From: Eledone cirrhosa | Lineage: Eukaryota | Assembly: GCA_964016885.1 (NCBI GenBank) | Contig: OZ024740.1 | Span: forward strand, 405,852,001-405,916,000 | Length of the DNA: 64,000 nt | Reading direction: 5' to 3' | Shown: positions 35,326-50,300 of the stretch, one piece after another | Layout: the number at the start of each line of letters is the position of its first letter | Position numbering within the stretch: position 1 is the first letter of the stretch | Made by a program: the position numbers and the translations under genes | Notes under the pieces: generated by a model | What the model saw: only the letters and a program-made list of their open reading frames with translations | What the model was told of the DNA's origin: nothing | Databases searched by the model: none

Positions 35326-38300
35326 GATGTATGTTTGTCACAGCCAGTATTGGATGTATGTTTGTCACAGCTAGTATTGGATGTATGTTTGTCACAGCCA
35401 GTATTGGATGTATGTTTGTCACAGCTAGTATTGGATGTATGTTTGTCACAGCTAGTATTGGATATATGTTTGTCACAGCTAGTATTGGATGTATGTTTGT
35501 CACAGCTAGTATTGGATGTATGTTTGTCACTGCCAGTATTGGATGTATGTTTGTCACAGCCAGTATTGGATGTATGTTTGTCACAGCTAGGATTGGATGT
35601 ATGTTTGTCACAGCCAGTATTGGATGTATGTTTGTCACAGCTAGTATTGGATGTATGTTTGTCACAGCTAGTATTGGATGTATGATTGTCACAGCCAGTA
35701 TTGGATGTATGTTTGTCACAGCCAGTATTGAATGTATGTTTGTCACTGCCAGTATTGGATGTGTTACATTCAGTATTGGATGTATGTTTGTCACAGCCAG
35801 TATTGAATGTATGTTTGTCACTGCCAGTATTGGATGTGTTACATTCAGTATTGGATGTATGTTTGTCACAGCCAGTATTGGATGTATGTTTGTCACAGCC
35901 AGTATTGCATGTATGTTTGTCACAGCTAGTATTGGATGTATGTTTGTCACAGCTAGTATTGGATGTATGTTTGTCACAGCTAGTATTGGATGTATGTTTG
36001 TCACAGCTAGTATTGGATGTATGTTTGTCACAGCCAGTATTGCATGTATGATTGTCACAGCTAGTATTGGATGTATGTTTGTCACAGCTAGTATTGGATG
36101 TATGTTTGTCACTGCCAGTATTGGATGTATGTTTGTCACAGCCAGTATTGGATGTGTCACAGTCAGTATTGGATGTATGTTTGTCACAGCTAATATTGGT
36201 TGTATGCTTGTCACAGCTAGTATTGGATGTATGTTTGTCACAGCTAGTATTGGATATATGTTTGTCACAGACAGTATTGGATGTATGTTTGTGACAGCCA
36301 ATATTGGATGTGTCACAGTCAGTATTGGATGTATGTTTGTCACAGCTAGTATTGGATGTATGTTTGTCAAAGCCAATATTGGATGTGTCACAGTCAGTAT
36401 TGGATGTATGTTTGTCACAGCTAGTATTGGATATATGTTTGTCACAGTCAGTAATGGATGTATGTTTGTCAGAGCCAGTATTGGATGTTTCAAAGTCAGT
36501 ATCGGATGTATATTTGTCACAGCCAGTATTGGATGTATGTTTGTGACAGCTAGTATTGGATGTGAGTTTGTCACAGCTAGTATTGGATGTATGTTTGTCA
36601 CAGCTAGTATTGGATATATGTTTGTCACAGCCAGTATTGGATGTATGTTTGTGACAGCTAGTATTGGATGTAAGTTTGTCACAGCTAGTATTGGATGTAC
36701 GTTTGTGACAGCTAGTATTGGATGTATGTTTGTCACAGCCAGTATTGGATGTGTCACAGTCAGTAATGGATATATGTTTGTCACAGCCAGTATTGGATGT
36801 GTCATAGTCAGTATTGGATGTATGTTTGTCACAGCTAGTATTGGATGTATCTTTGTCACAGCTAGTATTGGATATATGTTTGTCACAGTCAGTATTGGAG
36901 GTATGTTTGTCACAGCCAGTATTGGATGTGTCACAGCCTGTATTGAAAGTATGTTTGTCACAGCCAGTATTGAATGTATGTTTGTCACAGCCAGTGTTAG
37001 ATGTATATTTGTCACAGTGTATATTGGATGTATGTTTGTCACAGCCTGTATTGGATGTGTCACAGCCAGTATTGGATGTATATCTGTCACAGCCAGTATT
37101 GGATGTATGTTTGTCACAGCTAATATTGGATGTATGATTGTCACAGCCACTATTAGATGTATGTTTGTCACAGCCAGTATTGGATGTGTCACAGTCAGTA
37201 TTGGATATGTTTGTCACAGCCAGTATTGGATGTGTCACAGCCAGTATTGAATGTATGTTTGTCACAGCCAGTATTAGATGTCTATTTGTCATAGTGTGTA
37301 TTGGATGGATGTTTGTCACAGCCAGTATTGGATGTGTCACAGCCAGTATTGGATGTATATTTGTCACAGCCAGTTATGGATGTATGTTTGTCACAGCCAG
37401 TATTGGATGTATGTTTGTCACAGCCAGTATTGGATGTGTCACAGTCAGTATTGGATGTATGTTTGTCACAGCCAGTATTGTATGTGTCACAGTAAGTATT
37501 TGATGTATGTTTGTCACAGCCAGTATTGTATGTGTCACAGTAAGTATTTGATGTATGTTTGACACATCCAGTATTGGATGTATGTTTGTCACAGCCAGTA
37601 TTGCATGTATGTTTGTCTCAGCCAGTATTGGATGTCACAGCCAGTAATGGATTTATGTTTGTCACAGCCAGTATTGGATATATGTTTGTCACAGTCAGTA
37701 TTGGATGTATGTTTGTCACAGCCAATATTGGATGTGTCATAGTCAGTATTGGATGTATGTTTGTCACAGCCAGTATTGGATGTGTCACAGTCAGTATTGG
37801 ATGTATGTTTGTCACAGCCAGTAATGGATGTATGTTTGTCACATCTAGTATTGGATGTATGTTTGTCACAGTCAGTATTGGATATATGTTTGTCACAGTC
37901 AGTATTGGATGTATGTTTGTCACAGCCAGTATTGGATGTGTCACAGTCAGTATTTGATGTATGTTTGTCACCGCCAGTATTGAATGTATGTTTGTCACAG
38001 CCAGTATTTGATGTGTCACAGCCAGTATTGGATGTCTGTTTGTCACAGCCAGTAATGGATGTATGTTTGTCACAGCTTGTATTGGATGCATGTTTGTCAC
38101 AGTCAGTATTGGATATATGTTTGTCACATTCAGTATTGGATGTATGTTTGTCACAGCCAGTATTGGATATATGTTTGTCACAGCCAGTATTGGAAGTATG
38201 TTTGTCACAGCCAGTATTGAATGTATGTTTGTCACAGCCAGTATAAGATGTATGTTTGTCACAGCCAGTATTCGATGTAAGTTTGTCACAGCTAGTATTG

Positions 38301-41300
38301 GATGTATGTTTGTCACAGCTAGTGTTGGATGTATGTTTGTCACAGCCAGTATTGAATGTATCTTTGTCACAGCTAGTATTGGATGTATGTTTGTTACAGC
38401 TAGTATTGGATGTATGTTTGTCACAGCCAGTATTGAATGTATGTTTGTGACAGCTAATATTGGATGTATGTTTGTCACAACCAGTGTTGGATGTGTCACA
38501 GTCAGTATTGGATGTATATCTGTCACAGCCAGTATTGATTGTATGATTGTCACAGCCAGTATTGGATGTATGATTGTCACAGCCACTATTGTGTGTATGT
38601 TTGTCACAGCCAGTATTGGATGTATGTTTGTCAGAGCAAGTATTGGATGTATGTTTGTCACAGCTAGTATTGGATATATGTTTGTCACATTCAGTATTGG
38701 ATGTATGTTTGTCACAGCCAGTATTGGATGTATGTTTGTCACAGTCAGTATTGGATGTATGTTTGTCACAGCCAGTATTGGATGTATGTTTGTCACAGCC
38801 AGTATTGGATGTATGTTTGTCACAGCCAGTATTGGATGTGTCACAGTCAGTATTGGATGTATGTTTGTCACAGCCAGTATTGGATGTATGTTTGTCACAG
38901 CCAGTATTGGATGTATGTTTGTCACAGCCAGTATTGGATGTATGTTTGTCACAGCCAGGATTGGATGTGTCAGAGTCAGTATTGGATGTATGTTTGTCAC
39001 AGCTAGTATTGGATGTATGTTTGTCACAGCTAGTGTTGGATGTATGTCTGTCACAGCCAGTATTAGATGTGTCACAGCCAGTATTGGATGTGTCACAGCC
39101 AGTATTGAATGTATGTTTGTCACAGCCAGTATTAGATGTCTGTTTGTCAGTGTGTATTGGATGGATGTTTGTCACAGCCAGTATTGGATGTATATTTGTC
39201 ACAGCCAGTATTGAATGTATGTTTGTCACAGCCAGTTATGGATGTATGTTTGTCACAGCTAATATTGGATTTATGATGGTCACAGCCAGTATTGGATGTA
39301 TGTTTGTCACAGTCTGTATTTGATGTATGTTTCTCACAACTAGTTTTGGATGTATGTTTGTCACAGCTAGTATTGGATATATGTTTGTCACAGTCAGTAT
39401 TGGATGTATGTTTATCACAGCCAGTATTGGATGTGTCACACCTAGTATTGGATGTATGTTTGTCACAGCTAGTATTGGATGTATGTTTGTCACAGCCAGT
39501 ATTGAATGTATGTTTGTCACAGCTAGTATTGGATGTATGTTTGTCACAACCAGTATTGAATGTATGTTTGTGACAGCTAATATTGGATGTATGATTGTCA
39601 CAGACAGTATTGGATGTGTCACAGCCAGTATTGATTGTATGATTGTCACACGCAGTATTGGATGTCTGATTATCACAGCCACTATTGGATGTATGTTTGT
39701 CACAGCCAATATTGGATGTATGTTTGTCACAGCAAGTATTGGACGTATGTTTGTCACAGCAAGTATTGGATATATGTTTGTCACAGTCAGTATTGGTTGT
39801 ATAATTGTCACAGCCAGTATTGGATGTATGTTTGTCACAGTCAGTATTGGATGTATGTTTCTCACAGCCAGTATTGGATGTATGTTTGTCACAGCCAGTA
39901 GTGAATGTGTCACAGTCAGTATTGGATGTATGTTTGTCACAGCTAGTATTGGATGTATGTTTGTCACAGTCAGTAATGGATGTATGATAGTCACAGCCAG
40001 TATGGGATGTGTCACAGCCAGTATTGGATGTATATTTGTCACAGCCAGTATTGAATGTATGTTTGTCACAGTCAGTATTGGATGTGTCACATCCAGTATT
40101 GGATGTATATTTGTCACAGCCAGTATTGAATGTATGTTTGTCACAGTCAGTATTGGATGTATGTTTTTCACAGTTAATATTGGATGTATGATTGTCACTG
40201 CCAGTATTGGATGTATGTTTGTCACAGCTTGTATTGGATGTATGTTTGTCACAGCCAGTAATGGATGTATGTTTGTCACAGTCAGTATTGGATATATGTT
40301 TTTCACAGTTAATATTGGATGTATGATTGTCACAGTTAATATTGGATGTATGATTGTCACAGCTAGTATTGGATGTATATTTGTCACAGCCAGTAATGGA
40401 TGTATGTTTGTCACAGCTAGTGTTGGATGTATGTCTGTCATGGCGAGTATTGGATATATGTTTGTCACAGTCAGTATTGGATGTATGTTTGTCACAGCCA
40501 GTATTGTATGTATGTTTGTCACAGCCAATATTGGATGTGTCACAGCCAGTATTGGATGTATGTTTTCCACAGTTAATATTGGATGTATGATTGTCACTGC
40601 CAGTATTGGATGTATGTTTGTCACAGCTTGTATTGAATGTATGTTTGTCACAGTAAGTATTGGATGTATGTTTGTCACAGCCAGTATTGTATGTGTCACA
40701 GTCAGTATTTGATGTATGTTTGACACATCCAGTATTGGATGTATATTTGTCACAGCCTGTATTGGATGTATATGTGTCACAACTAGTATTGGATGTAAGT
40801 TTGTCACAGATAGTATTGGATGCATGTTTGTCACAGCTAGTATTGGATGTATGATAGTCACAGCCAGTATTCGATGTCTCACAGCCATTATTGGATGTGT
40901 CACAGCCAGTATTGGATGTATCACAGCTAGTATTGGATGTATGTTTGTCACAGTCAGTATTGGATGTATGTTTGTCACAGCCTTTATTGGATGTGACACA
41001 GCCAGTATTGGATGTATGTTTGTCACAGCCAGTATTGAATGTATGTTTGTCACAGCCTGTATTGGATGTATGTTTGTCAGAGCCAATATTGGATGTATGT
41101 TTGTCACAGCCAGTATTGGTTATATGTTTGTCACAGTCAGTATTGGATGGATGTTTGTCACAGCCAGTATTGGATGTGACACAGCCAGTATTGGATGTAT
41201 GTTTGTCACAGCCAGTATTGAACGTATGTTTGTCACAGCCAGTATTGGATGTATGTTTGTCACAGCCAGTATTGGATGTATGTTTGTCACAGTCAGTAAT

Positions 41301-44300
41301 GGATGTATGTTTGTCACAGCTAGTATTGGATATATGTTTGTCACAGCTAGTATTGGATGTATGTTTGTCACAGCCAGTATTAGATGTATGTTTGTCACAG
41401 CCAGTATTCGATGTAAGCTTGTCACAGCTAGTATTGGATGTGTCATGGCCAGTATTGGATATATGTTTGTCACAGCTAGTATTGGATATATGTTTGTCAC
41501 AGTCATTAATGGATGTATGATTGTCACAGCCAGTATTGGGTGTATGTTTGTCACAGCCAGTATTGAATGTATGTTTGTGACAGCTAATATTGGATGTATG
41601 TTTGTCACAGCCAGTATTGGATGTGTCATAGTCAGTATTGGATGTATGTTTGTCACAGCTAGTATTGGATATATGTTTGTCACAGTCAGTAATGGATGTA
41701 TGTGTGTCACAGCCAGTATTGGATGTGTCACAGTCAGTATTGAATGTATGTTTGTCGCAGTCAGTATTGGATGTAAGTTTGTCACATCTAGTATTGGATG
41801 TATGTTTGTCACAGTCAGTAATGGATGTATGTTTGTCACATCTAGTATTGGATGTATGTTTGTCACATCTAGTATTGGATGTATGTTTGTCACAGCCACT
41901 ATTGGATGTATGTTTGTCACAGCCAGTATTGGATGCATGTTTGTCACAGCCTGTATTGGATGTGTCATAGCGAGTATTGGATGTATATCTGTCACAGCCA
42001 CTATTGATTGAATTATTGTCACAGCCAGTATTGGCTGTATGTTTGTCACAGCCAGTATTGGATGTATGTTTGTCACAGCTAGTATTGGAAGTGTCACAGT
42101 CAGTATTGTATGTATGTTTGTCACAGCTAATATTGGATGTATGTTTGTCACAGCCAGTATTGGATGTATGTTTGTCGCAGCTAGTATTGGATGTATGTTT
42201 GTCACAGCAAATATTGGATGTATGTTTGTCACAGCCAGTATTTGATGTATGTTTGTCACAGCCAGTATTGGATGTAAGTTTGTCACAGCTAGTATTAGAT
42301 GTATGTTTGTCACAGCTAGTATTGGATGTATCTGTCACAGCCAGTATTGCATGTATGTTTGTCACAGCAAGTATTGGATGTATGTTTGTCACAGCTAGTA
42401 TGGGATATATGTTTGTCACAGACAGTATTGGATGTATGTTTGTGACAGCCAGTATTGGATGTGTCACAGTCTGTATTGGATGTATGTTGATCACAGCTAG
42501 TATTGGATGTATGTTTGTCACAGCTAGTATTGGATGTATGTTTGTCACAGCTAGTATTGGATATATGTTTGTCACAGTCACTAATGGATGTTTGTTTGTC
42601 ACAGCCAGTATTGGATGTGTCACATTCAGTATTGGATATATGTTTGTCACAGCCAGTATTGGATGTGTCACAGTCAGTATTGGAGGTATGTTTGTCACAG
42701 CCAGTATTGGATGTCAGTTTGTCACAGCTTGTATTGGATATATGTTTGTCACAGTCAGTATTGGATGTATGTTTGTCACAGCCAGTATTGGATGTAAATT
42801 TCTCACAGCGTGTATTGTATATATGTTTGTCACAGTCACTAATGGATGTTTGTTTGTCACAGCCAGTATTGGATGTGTCACATTCAGTATTGGATATATG
42901 TTTGTCACAGCCAGTATTGGATGTGTCACAGTCAGTATTGGATGTATGTTTGTCACACCCAGTAATGGATGTATGTTTGTCACAGCTAGTATTGGATGTA
43001 TGTTTGTCACAGCCAGTATTGGATATATGTTTGTCACAGTCAGTATTGGATGTATTTTTGTCACAGCCAGTATTGGATGTGTCACAGTCAGTATTGGATG
43101 TATATTTGTCACAGCCAGTATTAGATGTGTCACAGTCAGTATTGGATGTATGTTTGTCACAGCCAGAACTGAATGTATGTTTGTCACAGCCAGTATCGGA
43201 TGTATGTTTGTCAGAGCAAGTATTGGATGTATGTTTGTCACAGCTAGTATTGGATGTATGTTTGTCACAGCTAGTATTGGATATATGTTTGTCACAGTCA
43301 GTATTGGATGTATGGTTGTCACAGCCAGGATTGGATGTATGTTTGTCGCAGTCAGTATTGGATGTGTCACAGTCAGTTTTGGATGTATATTTGTCACAGC
43401 CAATATTGGAAGTAAGTTTGTCACAGCTAGTATTGGATGTATGTTTGTCACAACCAGTAATGGATGTATGTTTGTCACAGCTGGTGTTGGATGTATGTCT
43501 GTCACAGCGAGTATTGGATGTATGTTTGTCACAGTCAGTATTGGATGTGTCACAGCCAGTATTATATGTGTCACAGCCAGTATTGAATGTATGTTTGTCA
43601 AAGCTTGTATTAGATGTCTGTTTGTCACAGTGTGTATTGGATGGATATTTGTCACAGACAGTATTGGATGTGTCACAGCCAGTATTGCATGTATATTTGT
43701 CACAGCCAGTTATGGATGTATGTTTGTCACAGTTAATATTGGATGTATGATTGTCACTGCCTGTATTGGATGTATGTTTGTCACAGTAAGTACTGGATGT
43801 ATATTTGTCACAGCTTGTATTGGATATATGTTTGTCACAGTAAGTATTTCATGTATGTTTGACACAGCCAGTATAGGATGTATGTTTTTCACAGCCAGTA
43901 GTGGATGCATGTTTGTCACAGCTAGTATTGGGTGCATGTTTGTCACAGCTAGTATTGGATGTGTCACAGCTATTATTGGATGTGTTACAGCCAGTATTGG
44001 ATGTGTCACAGTCAGTATTGGATGTATGTTTGTCACAGCCAGTAATGGATGTATGTTTGTCACAGCTAGTATTGGATTTATGTTTGTCACAGCCAGTATT
44101 GAATGTATGTTTGTCACGGCCAGTATTAGATGTATGTTTGTCACAGCCAGTATTGAATGTATGTTTGTCAAAGTCAGTATTGGATGTATGTTCGTCACAG
44201 CCAGTATTGGATGTGTCACAGTCAGTATTGGATGTATGTTTATCACAGTCAATATTGGATGTATGTTCGTCACAGCCAGTATTGAATGTATGTTTGTCAC

Positions 44301-47300
44301 AGTCAGTATTGGATGTATGTTCGTCACAGCCAGTATTGGATGTGTCACAGTCAGTAATGGATGTATGTTTGTCACAGCTAGTATTGGATGTATGTTTGTC
44401 ACAGCCAGTATTATTGGATATATGTTTGTCACAGTCAGTATTGGATGTATGTTTGTCACAGCCAGTATTGGATGTGTCACAGTCTGTATTGGATGTATGT
44501 TTGTCACAGCCAGTATTGAATGTATGTTTGTCACAGCCAGTATTGGATGTGTCACAGCCAGTATTGGATGTATGTTTTTACAGCTAGTATTCAAAGTATG
44601 TTTGTCACAGCCATTATTGGAGGTGACACAGCCAGTATTGGATGTATGTCTGTCACAGCGAGTATTGGATGTATGTGTGTCACAGCTAGTATTGGATGTA
44701 TGTTTGTCAGAGCCAGTATTGAATGTATGATTGTCACAGCTAGTATTGGATGTATGTTTGTCACAGCTAGTATTGGATGTATGTTTGTCACAGCTAGTAT
44801 TGGATATATGTTTGTCACAGTCAGTATTGGTTGTATAATTGTCACAGCCAGTATTGGATGTATGTTTCTGACAGCTAGTATTGGATGTATGTTTGTCACG
44901 GCTAGTATTGGATATATGTTTGTCACAGTCTGTATTGGACGTATGTTTGTCACAGCCAGTATTGGATGTATGTTTGTCACAGCCAGTATAGGATATACGT
45001 TTGTCACAGCCAGTATTGAATGTAAGTTTGTCACAGCTAATATTGGATGTATGTTTGTCACAGCTAGTATTGGATATGTCAGAGCCAGTATTGGATGTAT
45101 GTTTGTCACAACCAGTATTGGATGTATGTTTGTCACAGCCACTATTGGATATGTCACAGTCAGTATTGGATGTATGTTTGTCACAGCCAGAATTGGATAT
45201 GTCACAGTCAGTATTGGATGTATGTTTGTCACAGCCAGTAATGGATGTATGTTTGTCACAGCTAGTATTGGATGTATGTTTGTCACAGCCAGTATTGGAT
45301 ATGTCACAGCCAGTAATGGATGTATGTTTGTCACAGCTAGTATTGGATGTATGTTTGTCACAGCCAGTATTGGATATGTCACAGCTAGTATTGGATGTAT
45401 GTTTGTCACAGCCAGTAATGGGTGTATGTTTGTCACAGCCAGTATTGGATGTATGTTTGTCACAGCCAGTATTGGATGTGTCACAGTCAGTATTGGATGT
45501 ATGTTTGTCACAGCCAGTATTAGATGTATGTTTGTCACAGCCAGTATTCGATGTAAGTTTATCACAGCTAGTATTGGATGCATGTTTGTCACAGCCAGTA
45601 TTAGATGTATGTTTGTCACAGCCAGTATTGGATATGTCACAGCCAGTAATGGATGTATGTTTGTCACAGCCAGTATTGGATATGTCACAGCTAGTATTGG
45701 ATGTATGTTTGTCACAGCCAGTAATGGGTGTATGTTTGTCACAGCTAGTATTGGATGCATGTTTGTCACAGCCAGTATTAGATGTATGTTTGTCACAGCC
45801 AGTATTGGTTATGTCACAGCCAGTATTGGAAGTATGTTTGTCACAGCCAGTATTGTATGTATGTTTGTCACAGCCAGTATTAGATGTATGTTTGTCACAG
45901 CCAGTATTCGATGTAAGTTTGTCACAGCTAGTATTGGATGTATGTTTGTCACAGCTAGTATTGGATATATATTTGTCACAGCCAGTATTAAATGTATGTT
46001 TGTGACAGCTAATATTGGATGTATGTTTGTCACAGCCAGTATTGAATGTGTCACAGTCAGTATTGGATGTATGTCTGTCACAGCCAGTATTGATTGTATG
46101 ATTGTCACAGCCAGTATCGGATGTATGTTTGTCACAGCTAATATTGGATGTATGATTGTCACAGCCACTATTGGATGTATATTTGTCACAGCCTGTATTG
46201 GATGTATGTTTGTCACAGCATATATTGGATGTATGTTTGTCACAGCTAGTATGGGACATATGTTTGTCACAGTCAGTATGGGTTGTATAATTGTCACAGC
46301 CAGTATTGGATCTATGTTTGTCACAGCTAGTATTGGATGTATGTTTGTCACAGCTAGTATTGGATATATGTTTGTCACAGTCAGTATTGGATGTATGTTT
46401 GTCACAGCCAGTATTGGATATGTCACAGCCAGTAATGGATGTATGTTTGTCACAGCTAGTATTGGATGTATGTTTGTCACAGCCAGTATTGGATATGTCA
46501 CAGCTAGTATTGGATGTATGTTTGTCACAGCCAGTAATGGGTGTATGTTTGTCACAGTCAGTATTGGATGTGGGTTTGTCACAGCCAGTATTGGATGTGT
46601 CACAGTCAGTATTGGATTTAAATTTGTCACAGCTTGTATTGGATGTATGTTTCTCAGAGCAAATGATGGATGTATGTTTGTCACAGCTAGTATTGGATGT
46701 ATGTTTGTCACACACAGTATTGGATGCATGTTTGTCACAGCCAGTATTGGATGTGTCACAGCCAGTATTGGATGTGTCACAGCCAGTATTGGATGTGTCA
46801 CAGACAGTATTGAAAGTATGTTTGTCACCGTCAGTATTGGATGTATGTTTGTCACAGCTAGTATTGGATGTATGTTTGTCACAGCTGATATTGGATGTAT
46901 GATTGTCACAGCCACTATTGGATGTATATTTGTCACAGCCTGTATTGGATGTATGTTTGTCACAGCATATATTGGATGTATGTTTGTCACAGCTAGTATT
47001 GGATGTATGTTTGTCACAGCTAGTAGGGGACATGTTTGTCACAGTCAGTATTGGTTGTATAATTGTCACAGCCAGTATTGGATGTATGTTTGTCACAGCT
47101 AGTATTGGATGTATGTTTGTCACAGCTAGTATTGGATATATGTTTGTCACAGTCAGTATTGGATGTATGTTTGTCACAGCCAGTATTGGATGTCTGTTTG
47201 TCACAGCCAGTATTTGATGTATATTTGTCACAGCAAGTATTGGATTTATGTTTGTCACAGCTAGTATTGGATGTATGTTTGTCACGGCTAGTATTGGATA

Positions 47301-50300
47301 TATGTTTGTCACAGACAGTATTGGATGGATGTTTGTCACAGCCAGTATTGGACGTGTCACAGCCAGTATTGGATGTATGTGTGTCACAGCCAGTATTGGA
47401 TATATGTTTGTCACAGCCAGTATTGGATGTATGTTTGTCACAGCTTGTATTGGATATATGTTTGTCACAGTTGGTATTGGATGTATGTTTGTCACAGCCA
47501 GTATTGAATGTATGTGTGTCACAGCCAGCTATGGATGTATGTTTGCCACAGCTAATATTGGATGTATGTTTGTCACAGTCAGTATTGGATGTATGTTTGT
47601 CACAGCTTGTATTGGATATATGTTTGTCACAGTAGGTATTGGATGTATGTTTGTCACAGCCAGTATTGTATGTGTCACAGTCAGTATTTGATGTATGTTT
47701 GACCCAGCCAGTATTGGATGTATGTTTGTCACAGCCAGTATTGGACGTATGTTTGTCACAGCCAATAATTGGATGTGTCACAGCTAGTATTGGATGTATG
47801 TTTGTCACAGCCAGTATTGGATGTATGTTTGTCACAGCTAGTATTGGATGGGTCACAGCCAGTATTGGATGTATCTTGTCACAGCCAGTATTGGGTGTAG
47901 GATTGTCACAGCTAGTATTGGATGTATGTTTGTCACAGTCAGTATTGGATGTATGTTTGTCACAGCCAGTAGTGGATATGTCACAGCCAGTATTGGAAGT
48001 ATTTTTGTCACAGCCAGTATTGAATGTATGTATGTCGCAGCTAGAATTGGATATATGTTTGTCACAGACAGTATTGGATGTATGTTTGTCACAGCTAGTT
48101 TTGGATATATGTTTGTCACAGACAGTATTGGATGTATGTTTGTCACAGCCAGTATTGGATGTATGTTTGTCACAGCTAGTATTGGATATATGTTTGTCAC
48201 AGCCAGTATTAGATGTGTCACAGTCAGTATTGGGTGTATGTTTGTCACAGTCAGTATTGGATGTGGGTTTGTCACAGCCAGTATTGGATGTGTCACAGTC
48301 AGTATTGGATTTAAATTTGTCACAGCTTGTATTGGATGTATCTTTCTCAGAGCAAATGATGGATGTATGTTTGTCACAGCTAGTATTGGATGTATGTTTG
48401 TCACACACAGTATTGGATGCATGTTTGTCACAGCCAGTATTGGATGTGTCACAGCCAGTATTGGATGTGTCACAGACAGTATTGAAAGTATGTTTGTCAC
48501 CGTCATTATTGGATGTATGTTTTTCACTGCCAGTATTGGATGTAAGTTTGTCACAGCTAGTATTGGATGTATGTTTGTCACAGTGTGTATTAGAGGTATG
48601 TTTATCACAGCCAGTAGTAGATGTATGTTTGTCACAGTGTGTATTGGAGGTTTGTTTGTCACAGCCTGTATTGGATGTGTCATAGCCAGTATTTGATGTA
48701 TATTTGTCACAGCCTGTATTGGATGTATGTTTGTCACAGCTAATATTGGACGTATGATTGTCACAGCCAGTATTGGATGTATGCTTGTCACAGCTAGTAT
48801 TGAATGTATGTTAGTCACAGCCAGTAATGGATGTATGTTTGTCACAGCCAGTATTGGATGTATGTTTGTCACAGCTTGTGTTAGATGTATGTTTGTCACA
48901 GACAGTATTGGATGTATGTTTGTCACAGACAGTATTGGATATATGTTTGTTTCAGTGAGTATTAGATGTATGTTTGTCACAGCCAGTATTGGATGTATGT
49001 TTGTCACAGTGAGTATTGGATGTATGTTTGTCACAGCCAGTATTGGAAGTATGTTTGTCACAGCCAGTATTAGATGTATGTTTGTCACAGTGAGTATTGG
49101 ATGTAAGATTATGACAGCTAGTATTGGATGTATGTTTGTCAGAGCAAATATTTGATGTAAGTTTGTCACAGCCCATATTAAATGTATGTTTGTCACAGCC
49201 ATTATTGGATGTATTTTTGTCACTGCTGGTATTGGATGTATGTTTGTCACAGCCAGTATTGTATGTGTCACAGCTAGTATTGGATGTATGTTTGTCACAG
49301 CTGGTATTGGATCTATGTATGTCACAGCCAGTATTGGATGTATGTTTCTCACAGCTATTGTTAGATATACGTTTGTCTCAGCCAGTATTGGATGTATGTT
49401 TGTCACAGTCAGTATTGGATGTATGTTTGTCACAGCTAGTATTGGATATATGTTTGTCACAGTCAGTATTGGATGTATGTTTGTCACAGTTTGTATTGTA
49501 TGTATGTTTGTCACAGATAGTATTGGATATATGTTTGTCACAGTCAGTATTGGTTGTATGATTGTCACAGCTAGTATTGGATATATGTTTGACACAGTCA
49601 GTATTGTATGTATGTTTGTCACAGCCAAGTATTGAATGTATGTTTGTCCCAGATGGTATTGGATGTACGTTTGTCACAGTCAGTCTTGGATGTATGTTTG
49701 TCACAGCCAGTATTGGATGTATGTTTGTCACAGCCAGGATTGGATGTGTCACAGCTAGCATTGGATGTATGTTTGTCACAGCTAGTTTTGGATGTATATT
49801 TGTTACAGCCAGTATTGGATGTATGTTTGTCACAGTCTGTATCGGATGTATGTTTGTCACAGCCAGTATTAGATGTGTAACAGTCAGTATTGGATATATG
49901 TTTGTCACAGCCAGTATTGTATGTATATTTGTCACAGCCAGTATTGGATGTATGTTTGTCACAGCCAGGATTGGATGTGTCACAGTCAGTATTGGATATA
50001 TGTTTGTCACAGCCAGTGTTGTATCTATGTTTGTCACAGCTAGCATTGGATGTAAGTTTGTCACAGCCAGTATTGGATGTGTGGTTGTCACAGCTAGTAT
50101 TGGATTATGTTTATCACAGCCTGTCATTGGTGTTTGTTTGTCCCACTCAGTATTGGATGTATGTTTGTCACAGACAGTATTGGATGCGTCACAGCCAGTA
50201 TTGGATTTATGTTTGTCACAGCCAGTATTGGATGTATGTTTGTCACCGTCAGTATTGGATGTATGTTTGTCACAGTCAGTATTGGATGTGTCACAGTCAG

